NCBI GenBank assembly: GCA_902470095.1 | Contig: CABRFG010000001.1 | Location: forward strand, 17,235-81,234 | DNA length: 64,000 nt | Direction: 5' to 3' | Source of the DNA: an uncultured Collinsella sp. | GTDB lineage: Bacteria; Actinomycetota; Coriobacteriia; Coriobacteriales; Coriobacteriaceae | Shown here: positions 9,539-18,281 of the stretch, in pieces | Layout of the letters: each line of letters begins with the position of its first letter | How positions within the stretch are numbered: position 1 is the first letter of the stretch | Notes under the pieces: generated by a model | Seen by the model: the letters and a program-made list of their open reading frames with translations, nothing else | Database searches by the model: none | What the model was told of the DNA's origin: nothing | Made by a program: the position numbers and the translations under genes

Positions 9539-12256
9539 ATGGATACTGTCAGCAATTACACCGAAACGCTCGAAAAGACCGTTCGCGACCTTCTCGAGCG
9601 TCAGGATGATCTGATTAGGACCGCCTTTACCGACCAGCTTACCGGACTTGGCAACCGCGGCGGCTTTGCTCGCTCCTTAGAGGAAATCTGGGAGCAGGAA
9701 CTGCCCGTGACCATGGCGTTTATCGACATCGATAACCTTAAGCACTGCAACGACATCTTTGGGCATGACGAGGGCAACCGCTATATCTTGCAGGTAAGCC
9801 TCTATCTCAAACTGTATATGAAGGTGGACGAGGCGGCGTTTCGCATAGGCGGCGACGAGTTTGCCATCCTGTCTACGGTTGCGACCGAGGACGACCTCGC
9901 CGAACGTCTGGAACACTGCCGAACGGTCCTGCTCAAAAACAACGATTCCGAGATGCCTCACTCGTTTAGCTACGGAGTGTCACATGCCGACCCCGCCCTG
10001 GGCGAGGCCCCCAATTGCATGACACTCGATGCCGACCATCGCATGTACGACTACAAGCTACGTCATGCCGTACACCTTGATCGGCGCAATATCTCGCAAG
10101 TCCACACCGACGACTTCGAAATAAGCGATCGCATTTTCGACGCCTTTTCGATGCTCAACGAGGGCCGCTATTTCTTTATCGAGAACTTGGACAAACATCG
10201 CACCCTTTGGTCGCAAGGCGCCTTGCGCGATCTTGGCCTTCCCTCGGAGCACATAGACAACTGTCGCGATTACTGGAAAACGCGCGTGCATCCCGATGAC
10301 CTTGAGGCCTACATCAACGACATTGATCAGGTTTATAACGGCACCAAGCACCGTCGCGTCATGCAGTATCGTGTGCGCAATGCCGTCGGCGACTACGTCC
10401 TCTGCCGCGCTCGCGGGTTTCGCATCGACGGCGACGAAAATGTCCCCTCGCTCTATGTCGGCGAGCTCGTCAACCACTCACTTGCCGAAACCGTCGACGC
10501 CGCGACAGGCCTCGGCACCCAGCGCATGTTGGTCAATGCCATCGACGCCTGTCGTTGCGACCGTTGCGAGACGGGCCTTATAGCGGTGCGCGTTCGTGGC
10601 ACGACAAAGCTCAACGAGCTCTACGGAGCCGAGGCTGTCGACAACATGCTCGCCGAATACGCAGGCCGCATGCTGTCGATCACCCGCGGCAGGAGCAGGG
10701 TCTACCGTTCACGTAGCGTCCAGTTCGTCGTGCTCAGCAACGACCTGGACCACGAGGCATTCGAGCAACTGACCCACCACCTTAAAGAGGCTGTTTTCGC
10801 TCCTGTGCAAATCGCAGGCGACACCATTGCTCCCGTCTGTCTTGTCGTCCCGACCTTTTACGAACGCCTGGACTCCCAAGCATCGACTGTTTTGGGCGAA
10901 CTCGATCGTCGCCTTCGCACGGCCGGCGGACTTGTTCCCAACGACAGTCTGCCCATACCCGAGATGGAACGCAAAGGCGCCGTCGCCGAGCACCTCGATA
11001 TGCTCACAGGCCTCTACCGCCCCAGCGAGTTTATGCGCCGTGCCAATGCCTTCATCAAGGCAAGGCGCGACGGCGCTTGGTGTATCGCCACCGTCGACAT
11101 GGGCCACATGCGCCTATTTAACGAATGGTATGGACAGACCGAAGGCGACCGTATGCTTGCCGATGTGGGCACGGTGCTCAAGGATATCGAGAACGCCGAC
11201 ATGGGTGTCGCGGGATACTGGGGACAAGACGACTTTTGTCTGCTCATACCCTTTGAGCACGATTTCGTTCACCGAGTCTATGCGCGCGTGCGCGAGGCTG
11301 TAGCCAAGCACGACGACGGCGTAGGCTTTTGGCCGTCCATGGGCGTATGCCCCATCGACGCTAGCGAGGAAATCACCATCGATGCCCAGGCCAAGGCCAT
11401 GTTTACCAATCGACGCGCCAAAAACGACTTCAAGGAGCGCATTGCTATTATCCGCCCCGAGGAATATGAGCACGAGATTGCGTTCCACCGCACGCTGACC
11501 GAGTTCCAATACGCGCTCTCAAACGGCCGTATCACGTACTACCTGCAGCCCCAGGTCGATATGGAAACCGGCGAGATTATTGGCGCCGAAGCACTCACCC
11601 GCTGGATTGACAAGGACGGCTCTCTCATTTCGCCCGCAACGTTTATCCCCGCACTCGAGGATAGCGGCTTTGTGGTGACGCTCGACAAGTACATTTGGCA
11701 GGGTGTCGCCTCATGGCTGCGCGAGCGCATCGATCGAGGACTTCGTGTGGTTCCGGTTTCGCTTAATGTGTCGCGCGTGGATATCCTTGCCTGCGACGTT
11801 GCCGAACATATGGGGGCGCTTGCCGCCCAATACAACCTACCGCCCGAGCTCATGCGTATCGAGATCACCGAGACGGCTTATACGGGAGAGTCCGAGGCCG
11901 TGGACAAACTGACGGCCGACCTGCACACCCGCGGCTTCTCGACCTATATGGACGATTTTGGCACCGGTCAGTCCACGCTCGCGATGCTCAAGAACGTCAA
12001 CGTCGACGTCATCAAGCTCGACCGCGCCTTTGTACCCACCGACCGCGATCAAGGCCGCAGCACGCAAATCATTTCATCGATGCTCGAAATGGCGCAGTCG
12101 CTCCATCTGCCCGTCGAGGTCGAAGGCGTCGAGACAAATGAGCAGGCGAACATGCTACGACAAATGGGCGCCCGCTACGCTCAGGGCTTCCTCTACTACC
12201 GCCCCATGCCGGCGAAGGATTTTGAGGCATTGCTCGATGGTGGCAATAACAACTGA
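9539..12256 (+). CDS. multidomain c-di-GMP protein: GGDEF, PAS-like, two degenerate GGDEF-like domains, then EAL
   Basis: The first domain has an intact RIGGDEF. A PAS-like segment follows (RVHPDDLEAY ... YRVRNAVGDYV). Later GGDEF-like domains read SVQFV and GQDDF. The EAL domain has EALTRW, EITE, DDFGTG and EVEGVE. Confidence 0.85.
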   Translation: MDTVSNYTETLEKTVRDLLERQDDLIRTAFTDQLTGLGNRGGFARSLEEIWEQELPVTMAFIDIDNLKHCNDIFGHDEGNRYILQVSLYLKLYMKVDEAAFRIGGDEFAILSTVATEDDLAERLEHCRTVLLKNNDSEMPHSFSYGVSHADPALGEAPNCMTLDADHRMYDYKLRHAVHLDRRNISQVHTDDFEISDRIFDAFSMLNEGRYFFIENLDKHRTLWSQGALRDLGLPSEHIDNCRDYWKTRVHPDDLEAYINDIDQVYNGTKHRRVMQYRVRNAVGDYVLCRARGFRIDGDENVPSLYVGELVNHSLAETVDAATGLGTQRMLVNAIDACRCDRCETGLIAVRVRGTTKLNELYGAEAVDNMLAEYAGRMLSITRGRSRVYRSRSVQFVVLSNDLDHEAFEQLTHHLKEAVFAPVQIAGDTIAPVCLVVPTFYERLDSQASTVLGELDRRLRTAGGLVPNDSLPIPEMERKGAVAEHLDMLTGLYRPSEFMRRANAFIKARRDGAWCIATVDMGHMRLFNEWYGQTEGDRMLADVGTVLKDIENADMGVAGYWGQDDFCLLIPFEHDFVHRVYARVREAVAKHDDGVGFWPSMGVCPIDASEEITIDAQAKAMFTNRRAKNDFKERIAIIRPEEYEHEIAFHRTLTEFQYALSNGRITYYLQPQVDMETGEIIGAEALTRWIDKDGSLISPATFIPALEDSGFVVTLDKYIWQGVASWLRERIDRGLRVVPVSLNVSRVDILACDVAEHMGALAAQYNLPPELMRIEITETAYTGESEAVDKLTADLHTRGFSTYMDDFGTGQSTLAMLKNVNVDVIKLDRAFVPTDRDQGRSTQIISSMLEMAQSLHLPVEVEGVETNEQANMLRQMGARYAQGFLYYRPMPAKDFEALLDGGNNN

Positions 12257-12314
12257 TACGCTCGCGCGCAAAACGCCACCGCCGAAGGGGGAATTTGCCT
12301 CCATTAGCTAACTT

Positions 12315-12345
12315 ATATCCCCAATTCAAACCGAATTGGGGATAT
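12315..12345. terminator. hairpin between the two GGDEF paralogs
   Basis: ATATCCCCAATTC / GAATTGGGGATAT form 13-nt arms around a 5-nt loop. There is no U-tract. Confidence 0.4.
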
Positions 12346-12383
12346 GATACAAACCATTGTTCCGCCCAAGGAGGTTATCCATC

Positions 12384-13913
12384 ATGAACGAGTCATATCG
12401 CCTGGGTGAGCAATTGATTATTGCCTATCTTCAGCGACTTGCGAATGGCATCTCGACCGCCGAACTCGATGTTGCCGCGCTGCCTGCTGAGCTACGCGCC
12501 GTTGGTGAGCAACTGCAAAAGACGCATGCCATCCTGCAACAAGAGCGCCAGCTGCTTGAGCGCAACGCCTATATCGATCCGCTCACCAACTTGGGCAACC
12601 GCAGCGGACTCGACCGTCACGTCGAGCAACTCTGGCGCAAAGGCGACCCCTTCACCTGCGCCTATATTGACATCGACCATCTCAAGCATTGCAATGATAG
12701 GTTTGGCCATGCCGAAGGCAATCGCTATATTCTGAGCATCTGCCGCACGCTCTCCGAAACCATGGAGCACGATGAGATGCTGTTCCGTATCGGTGGAGAC
12801 GAGTTTGTACTTATCTCGCTCTCTGCAAACGAGACCGAACTCGAGCAGCGCTTGGAGCAGGTACGTGCCGGGCTGATCGAGGCGAGCTCAGATGGCAAGG
12901 CGCCCATGATCGCCAGCTTTAGCTTTGGCTGCTCGCGCGTCGATCCACTTGCCGGCGACACGCGTCGCCAGATGACGATGGATGCCGATCGCAAGATGTA
13001 TCGCTATAAGCTTATGCATCGTGTACAGCAACCGGAAAACAATGACGCGCCGCAACGCCCAATCGTCGATCAACTTCCGTGCAACGACCGGGTGTTCCAG
13101 GCGATCTCCATGAGCTCCGAGACGCGCTATCCGTTCATCCTTAACCTCGATACTGGAGAATCGCAATGGTCGGTTAACGCCGTGCGCGATTTTGACCTGC
13201 CCTCCCAGCACCCTTTTAACTCACTCGACATGTGGCTCGCCCGCGTTCATCCCGAGGACCGCGACAACGTACGCGCCGAGCTCGACATGGTGATAAACGG
13301 CACGTGGCATTTCCACTACATGCAGTATCGCGTAATGGATGCCACCGGAAAATACGTGCTTTGCGACTGCACGGGCTACCGCTTGGACGGCACCGATACC
13401 GAGCCCAGCATGTATGTGGGCATTATCATCAACCGAAGCTTGGCAGATACGACTGATTCCGTGACCGGCCTGGGCGACATTCACGCCCTGGTCAACGCCA
13501 TTGGCGAAATGCGTCGCGTGGCGCGCGAGGCAGGCTTTATTGCCATTAAGGTCGACGATATCGCCGAGGTCAATGCCCGCTTTGGATTCGATGCAGGCGA
13601 CCGTGTGCTCGCCGAAAGCGCCGCCTGCCTCATGGACTGTTCGCGCGGCAAGGGCCGCCTGTTCCGCTCGACGGGACCAACGTTCGTGGCACTCTTCGAT
13701 GAGCTCGACCCCGAGGCAATCGATGAGATCGCAGGCGACATCGAACGGTTCTTGGGTTCTCCCGTGCTCATCGGCTCGCTTGAATATCAGCCGCCCATTC
13801 GCGTGGCCACGCTCCATCTGGACGGCGTCGACCGTCAGCCTGTTTCGATTTTAAACGAGCTCAAAGCGTTGCTTAAAGAGGCACCGCAAGTACCGGGCAC
13901 CAAACTGAACTAG
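12384..13913 (+). CDS. GGDEF, PAS-like and degenerate-GGDEF protein (paralog of the N-terminal two thirds of 9539..12256)
   Basis: Trimmed to the ATG at 12384 after AAGGAGG. It has an intact RIGGDEF, a PAS-like segment (RVHPEDRDNV ... YRVMDATGKYV), and a C-terminal GGDEF-like domain lacking the motif. Confidence 0.8.
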   Translation: MNESYRLGEQLIIAYLQRLANGISTAELDVAALPAELRAVGEQLQKTHAILQQERQLLERNAYIDPLTNLGNRSGLDRHVEQLWRKGDPFTCAYIDIDHLKHCNDRFGHAEGNRYILSICRTLSETMEHDEMLFRIGGDEFVLISLSANETELEQRLEQVRAGLIEASSDGKAPMIASFSFGCSRVDPLAGDTRRQMTMDADRKMYRYKLMHRVQQPENNDAPQRPIVDQLPCNDRVFQAISMSSETRYPFILNLDTGESQWSVNAVRDFDLPSQHPFNSLDMWLARVHPEDRDNVRAELDMVINGTWHFHYMQYRVMDATGKYVLCDCTGYRLDGTDTEPSMYVGIIINRSLADTTDSVTGLGDIHALVNAIGEMRRVAREAGFIAIKVDDIAEVNARFGFDAGDRVLAESAACLMDCSRGKGRLFRSTGPTFVALFDELDPEAIDEIAGDIERFLGSPVLIGSLEYQPPIRVATLHLDGVDRQPVSILNELKALLKEAPQVPGTKLN

Positions 13914-14023
13914 CGTCGTGGGGCGCGATGGAAACACAAGCCGTTTCACATCGCGCCTCACGCCATCTATCCTCTCGTGCGATAATCCTCCGCAGAAGTC
14001 ACCGACAACAGAGGGAGTTTGTG

Positions 14024-14647
14024 ATGAAGGTTCTTTTGGTCAATGGCAGCCCCAAGGCAAACGGCAACACCGCCCGTGCACTCGCCGAGGTCGCCGAGCA
14101 GCTCAATGCCGAAGGCATTGATACCGAGGTGTTTCAGCTGGGCGCCAAACCCATTCGCGATTGCATCGGTTGCGGCCAGTGCGGCAAGCTTGGCGGTCGC
14201 TGCACCTTTGACGACGACGTGGTCAACGAGCTGATCGCTGCTGCCGAGCAGGCAGATGGCTTTGTCTTTGGCTCACCCGTCTACTATGCGCACCCCAGCG
14301 GACGCATCCTTTCGGCCCTCGATCGCGCCTTCTATGCAGGCGGGCATGCCTTTGAGCACAAACCCGGCGCCGCAATCGCCGTCGCCCGTCGCGGCGGCAC
14401 GTCGACCACGTTCGATGTACTCAACAAGTACTTCACCATTAAGCAAATGCCCGTAGTTGCCTCCACCTACTGGAACAACGTGTTTGGCCGCGTGCCCGGC
14501 GACGCCGATGGGGATGCCGAGGGCCTTGCCACCATGCGAAACATCGGCAAAAACATGGCCTGGCTCCTACGTTGCATCGAGGCAGGACAGGCCGCCGGCA
14601 TCAACGCACCCAAAGCCGATCGCGCAACGACCAACTTCATTCGATAG
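14024..14647 (+). CDS. flavodoxin-like fold NAD(P)H-dependent FMN reductase family protein
   Basis: Trimmed to the ATG at 14024 after GAGGGAG. The translation MKVLLVNGSPKANGNT ... CIGCGQCGK ... FGSPVYYAHPSG fits the family. Confidence 0.8.
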   Translation: MKVLLVNGSPKANGNTARALAEVAEQLNAEGIDTEVFQLGAKPIRDCIGCGQCGKLGGRCTFDDDVVNELIAAAEQADGFVFGSPVYYAHPSGRILSALDRAFYAGGHAFEHKPGAAIAVARRGGTSTTFDVLNKYFTIKQMPVVASTYWNNVFGRVPGDADGDAEGLATMRNIGKNMAWLLRCIEAGQAAGINAPKADRATTNFIR

Positions 14648-14649
14648 AG

Positions 14650-14818
14650 CGGCGGTCACCTCGATGTCCTATCAATGTCAGCGAAAAGCCAGCTGATGAG
14701 GCAAGGTGCCTTGAAAGAGGAGGGCGCTGGGCTTTTGCCCGCGCCCGACGATTGAAAGGCAGATTGCCCATCAGATGGCTTTGCAGCGTCGAGGTGACCG
14801 CCGTTCGTTAGAACGGCG
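14650..14818. other. rod-like structured intergenic element (candidate cis-regulatory or small RNA; class unknown)
   Basis: A perfect 15-bp closing stem pairs 14650..14664 with 14789..14803. It encloses nested stems: about 14685..14702 with 14766..14782, 14707..14712 with 14756..14761, and a GC-rich hairpin at 14722..14746. A hairpin at 14799..14818 competes with the 3' arm of the closing stem. Confidence 0.4.
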
Positions 14819-14827
14819 AAACAATAT

Positions 14828-15169
14828 ATGAATATCCAGATTTTTGGCACCAAAAAGTCCTTCGATACCAAGAAGGCCCAGCGTTATTTTAAGGAGCGCC
14901 GCATTAAGGTGCAGTTTATCGACCTTAAGGAAAAGGAGATGAGCAAGGGCGAGCTCACGAGCGTGATGCAGGCGGTCGGCGGCATCGACAAGCTGCTCAA
15001 CCCCAAAGCCAAGGACGAGGAGACGCTCGCGCTCATCCAGCACCTCACCCCTAGCCAGCGCTTCGACAAGCTGCTCGAGAACCAGCAGGTTCTAGCCGAG
15101 CCCATCGTGCGTAACGGAAAAAAGGCCACCGTCGGCTATTGCCCCGATGTATGGGGAGCCTGGGAGTAG
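14828..15169 (+). CDS. ArsC/Spx-superfamily protein (no CXXC)
   Basis: 113 aa. The translation MNIQIFGTKKSFDTKKAQRYFKERRIKVQFIDL ... PIVRNGKKATVGY follows the ArsC-family fold pattern. Confidence 0.7.
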   Translation: MNIQIFGTKKSFDTKKAQRYFKERRIKVQFIDLKEKEMSKGELTSVMQAVGGIDKLLNPKAKDEETLALIQHLTPSQRFDKLLENQQVLAEPIVRNGKKATVGYCPDVWGAWE

Positions 15170-15255
15170 CCTGTGTTATTTGCCGGCGCGTGGGTATAAG
15201 AGCAGGCGTTTGGCATAAGATTTAACTGTAAGCCATGTCTAACAAAGGAGGGCAC

Positions 15256-16386
15256 ATGCCCAACAAACCCGTGAAGATCATCATGCTTACCGGATACCTC
15301 GGTGCCGGCAAGACCACGCTGCTCAACCACATCCTCGCTAACGACGGCGGCATCCGCGCCGCCGTGATCGTCAACGATATCGGCGAGATCAACGTCGACG
15401 CCAGCCTTATCGCCGACGGCGGCCTTTCCGAGACCGATGACCTCATCCCGCTCACCAACGGCTGCATCTGCTGCACGCTTTCGGACGACCTTGCTAACCA
15501 GCTGCAGGGCATCGCCGATTCGGGCAACTTCGACTACATCATCATCGAGGCTTCGGGCATTTGCGAGCCTATCCCCATCGCCTACACCATCTCGAGCTTC
15601 TGCGACGAGGCCAAGGTGGGCGGCGAGCCCAAGCTCGCGCTCGACAACATCGTGGCCGTGGTCGACTGCGCCCGCATGTACGACGAGTTCAATGGCGGCC
15701 GCGACCTGCTGGCAGAGGATATCGACGAGGACGACATCGAAAGCCTGCTCATCCAGCAGATCGAGTTCTGCTCCACGCTGATCCTCAACAAGACCGATAC
15801 CGTGAGCCCTGAGCAGATCGCCGAGCTCAAGGCCATCGTGCGCAGCCTGCAGAAAGACGCTGTGATTGTCGAGGCCCAAAACGGCGAGGTCCCCATGGAG
15901 GAGCTGCTCGATACCGACCGCTTCGACTTTATGCGCGCCTACAACTCCGCCGCCTGGATCGAGGCCATGGAGCACCCCGAGGAGCACGACGACCCCGAGG
16001 TGCTCGAGTACGACATCGAGACCTTTGTGTACTCGCGCCGTAAGCCGTTTGACCTGCAGAAGTTCACCGATTTTGTTGAGCAGGAGTGGCCCGACGAGGT
16101 CATTCGCGTCAAAGGCCCGCTGTGGCAGACCGGCGATCCGGACATGTGCTACATGTTTGAGCAGGCCGGCCACCAGATGCGCCTGATGGAGAACGGCCTG
16201 TTTGTCGACTCGGCGCCCGAGGGCGAGAAACAGAAGATCATCGACGAGAACCCCGAGATCATGCAGATTTGGGACGACGAGACGGGCGACCGTATGACGA
16301 GCCTGTGCATCATCGGCCGTCACATGGACAAGGATGCGCTCATCGCCTCCCTCGATGCCTGCCTGACCGACTGGCACCGCGCCTAG
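15256..16386 (+). CDS. CobW/COG0523-family GTPase (putative metal chaperone)
   Basis: Trimmed to the ATG at 15256 after AAAGGAGGG. It has the P-loop GYLGAGKTTLLN and the CICC motif (LTNGCICCTL), plus an acidic His/Asp/Glu-rich linker. Confidence 0.85.
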   Translation: MPNKPVKIIMLTGYLGAGKTTLLNHILANDGGIRAAVIVNDIGEINVDASLIADGGLSETDDLIPLTNGCICCTLSDDLANQLQGIADSGNFDYIIIEASGICEPIPIAYTISSFCDEAKVGGEPKLALDNIVAVVDCARMYDEFNGGRDLLAEDIDEDDIESLLIQQIEFCSTLILNKTDTVSPEQIAELKAIVRSLQKDAVIVEAQNGEVPMEELLDTDRFDFMRAYNSAAWIEAMEHPEEHDDPEVLEYDIETFVYSRRKPFDLQKFTDFVEQEWPDEVIRVKGPLWQTGDPDMCYMFEQAGHQMRLMENGLFVDSAPEGEKQKIIDENPEIMQIWDDETGDRMTSLCIIGRHMDKDALIASLDACLTDWHRA

Positions 16387-16425
16387 GTTTATCCAAGCGG
16401 GTATTTTTCCGCTTACGTAACCGCC

Positions 16426-16460
16426 AAACCACCACGAAGGTGCCCTTCGTGGTGGTTTTT
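16426..16460 (+). terminator. intrinsic terminator after the CobW-like gene
   Basis: AACCACCACGAAGG / CCTTCGTGGTGGTT forms a 14-bp stem with a 4-nt loop and a TTTTT tail. Confidence 0.8.
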
Positions 16461-16481
16461 CGTTCTGAGCCAAGGAGATTC

Positions 16482-17081
16482 ATGTTCAACATTGTGCTGT
16501 ATGCGCCCGAGATTCCGGCCAATACGGGCAATATCGGCCGCACCTGCGTGGTTACCGGCGCCCGTCTGCATCTGGTGGAGCCGCTGGGGTTTTCGCTCGA
16601 CGACAAGACGGTGCGTCGCGCCGGACTGGGCTACTGGCAAAACTTGGACGTGACGACCTATGCCAGCTGGGAGGATTTCCTTGCGCGTAACGGCCTCTCC
16701 CCTACCGACGAGCGTCTGCATCTGCTGACCAAAAAGGCGCGCAGGACCTATGCGCAAAGCACCTACCGCGACGGTGACTATTTGGTCTTTGGCAGCGAGA
16801 GCTCGGGTATTCCCGAGCCACTGCTTGCCACGGCGCCCGAGCGCTGCGAGCGCATCCCGATGCTGCGCGATTGCGATTCGCTTGACAACGCCGAGGCATG
16901 GGAAGCTCACGAGGAATCGCTGGGGCATACCGAGGACAGCCACGAGGTCATCCTTCAACAGGACATCTGCGGCAACTTCGTCAACCCGGACGACTACCGC
17001 ATCAGCGCACTCAACCTCTCCAACAGCGCCGCCATCGTCCTCTACGAGGCCCTACGCCAAACAGGCTTTGCCGGCATGTAA
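16482..17081 (+). CDS. trmL: tRNA (cytidine/uridine-2'-O)-methyltransferase TrmL (SPOUT) with an internal insertion of about 40 aa
   Basis: Trimmed to the ATG at 16482 after AAGGAG. The translation MFNIVLYAPEIPANTGNIGRTC ... LDDKTVRRAGLGYW ... RIPM ... LNLSNSAAIVLYEA is TrmL-like. Confidence 0.85.
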   Translation: MFNIVLYAPEIPANTGNIGRTCVVTGARLHLVEPLGFSLDDKTVRRAGLGYWQNLDVTTYASWEDFLARNGLSPTDERLHLLTKKARRTYAQSTYRDGDYLVFGSESSGIPEPLLATAPERCERIPMLRDCDSLDNAEAWEAHEESLGHTEDSHEVILQQDICGNFVNPDDYRISALNLSNSAAIVLYEALRQTGFAGM

Positions 17082-17157
17082 AACCTGCCATTAGGGGACG
17101 GGGTAGAAATGGTAGACTTTCAAACTCTCTAGTCCTTGACAAAATGGTTTTGACATC

Positions 17158-17192
17158 AAATGCGGCAAAGGGACAGTCCCTTTGCCGCATTT
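17158..17192. terminator. 15-bp-stem palindrome (bidirectional terminator type), member of the CAAAGGG-N5-CCCTTTG family
   Basis: The sequence is AAATGCGGCAAAGGG ACAGT CCCTTTGCCGCATTT, between convergent trmL and the 353-aa ORF. Confidence 0.65.
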
Positions 17193-17210
17193 GGCTGCTA
17201 ACAATTCACG

Positions 17211-18272
17211 TCAGAATTCAACTTCAAATACAAACGACTGCCGAAGTTCTCGCTTAGCTTGGCTTGTCAGGCTCGAATTCGCCCTTATGTTCAGCTTGCT
17301 GCATGCCTCATCGATAGCCATAGCAAGCGATACGGACATGGTCATGGTCGTTTCACTTTTCAATTCGACCCGATAGCTCTTTGCCTTGTTTTTATCCTCT
17401 CCACCACATCTCGTCTCAATTAACAAGAGAATATCTGAGTCATGGGCATACCAATGGAGCTCAGGGCGCTGTGGAACCATGTCACCCTCGAATTCCTGTG
17501 TAAACAGAATTTTCTTCTCATTTCTCGTTGAATCGCTCAAGGAACCGTCGATTCGAACCGAGCCCTTCTTTCCCGCCTTAGCATTTCCCTTAACCTGGTG
17601 GCCTCGCCGAGTTTCCTCGTACTCCGTCACCTCCAGCTTGCAGCGCTTCGCGCCAAGCATGAACGCAATCCGCCTCAACTCGGCCATCTTGTCTTGTTGC
17701 ATGGTTGCGAAATAAGAGTCAAGGTCAACAAAGCGAGACCGATCAAAAGCATCTATGTAATATGTGGAATAAAGAGATGGTTTAGGATAGAAAGACAATT
17801 CGCTATCCCCGATTGCCTCGCGGTAAAGATTGAAAATCTGCGTACCCTTAACGGTATCCAGCCAACCAATAGCATCCCTACAGGCGTCGATACCCCGACG
17901 CTCATTTCCGTCAACAATTCGAATCATATTCGGCAAATAAAATGAAGGACTCTGATAGGTCTCCTTGGTTACCGGCCTGTATCTATTAAGCTGCTGCTGG
18001 TATGCCCAATCGTTGACGGCGTCACCGATATCCGCAGCAGCGCCTGCCGCACCATCGGCCACATCAGCAATAGCTGCCAAGGCGTCATCGACCATCGGAG
18101 TTGCAGCACGCATTGCACCATCGGCAACTTTCTGTACGGTTGCAACCGCGCCCGCCATCGCGCTTCCGGCGCCATCAACCAACCCGGCAGCGGCCTTACG
18201 GATATCGAAACTCTGCTTATGTCGCGGCAGCTCCTCCCTTTCGACAACAGCTAGATCGTCTTTATCCTCCAT
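17211..18272 (-). CDS. hypothetical protein, 353 aa, no recognisable family
   Basis: The ATG at 18272 is 7 nt after AGGAGGT and 9 nt after the stop of the upstream gene. The N-terminal about 100 aa is Ala/Gly/Asp-rich (AAGLVDGAGSAMAGAVATVQKVADGAM ...), followed by a globular part. No TM segment is seen. Confidence 0.6.
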   Translation of the reverse strand: MEDKDDLAVVEREELPRHKQSFDIRKAAAGLVDGAGSAMAGAVATVQKVADGAMRAATPMVDDALAAIADVADGAAGAAADIGDAVNDWAYQQQLNRYRPVTKETYQSPSFYLPNMIRIVDGNERRGIDACRDAIGWLDTVKGTQIFNLYREAIGDSELSFYPKPSLYSTYYIDAFDRSRFVDLDSYFATMQQDKMAELRRIAFMLGAKRCKLEVTEYEETRRGHQVKGNAKAGKKGSVRIDGSLSDSTRNEKKILFTQEFEGDMVPQRPELHWYAHDSDILLLIETRCGGEDKNKAKSYRVELKSETTMTMSVSLAMAIDEACSKLNIRANSSLTSQAKRELRQSFVFEVEF

Positions 18273-18281
18273 AGTGACCTC

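Noticed and set aside
8346-12256. Patatin-like phospholipase next to a cyclic-dinucleotide enzyme, considered as a CBASS-like (CapV plus cyclase) defence pair
   Set aside because: The genes are divergent, not in an operon. The patatin looks like the housekeeping YjjU/COG4667 type. The neighbour is a GGDEF/EAL c-di-GMP protein, not a CD-NTase.
14650-14803. Structured element considered as SRP (4.5S) RNA or 6S RNA
   Set aside because: The apex is a UUUU loop rather than a GNRA tetraloop with the conserved SRP domain IV loops. The large unpaired region is one-sided (21 nt versus about 4 nt), unlike the 6S central bubble. The class is left unknown.
17535-17570. GGTTCGAATCG on the minus strand, resembling a tRNA T-loop
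   Set aside because: The flanking bases do not form a T-stem or acceptor stem, and the site lies inside the 353-aa coding region.
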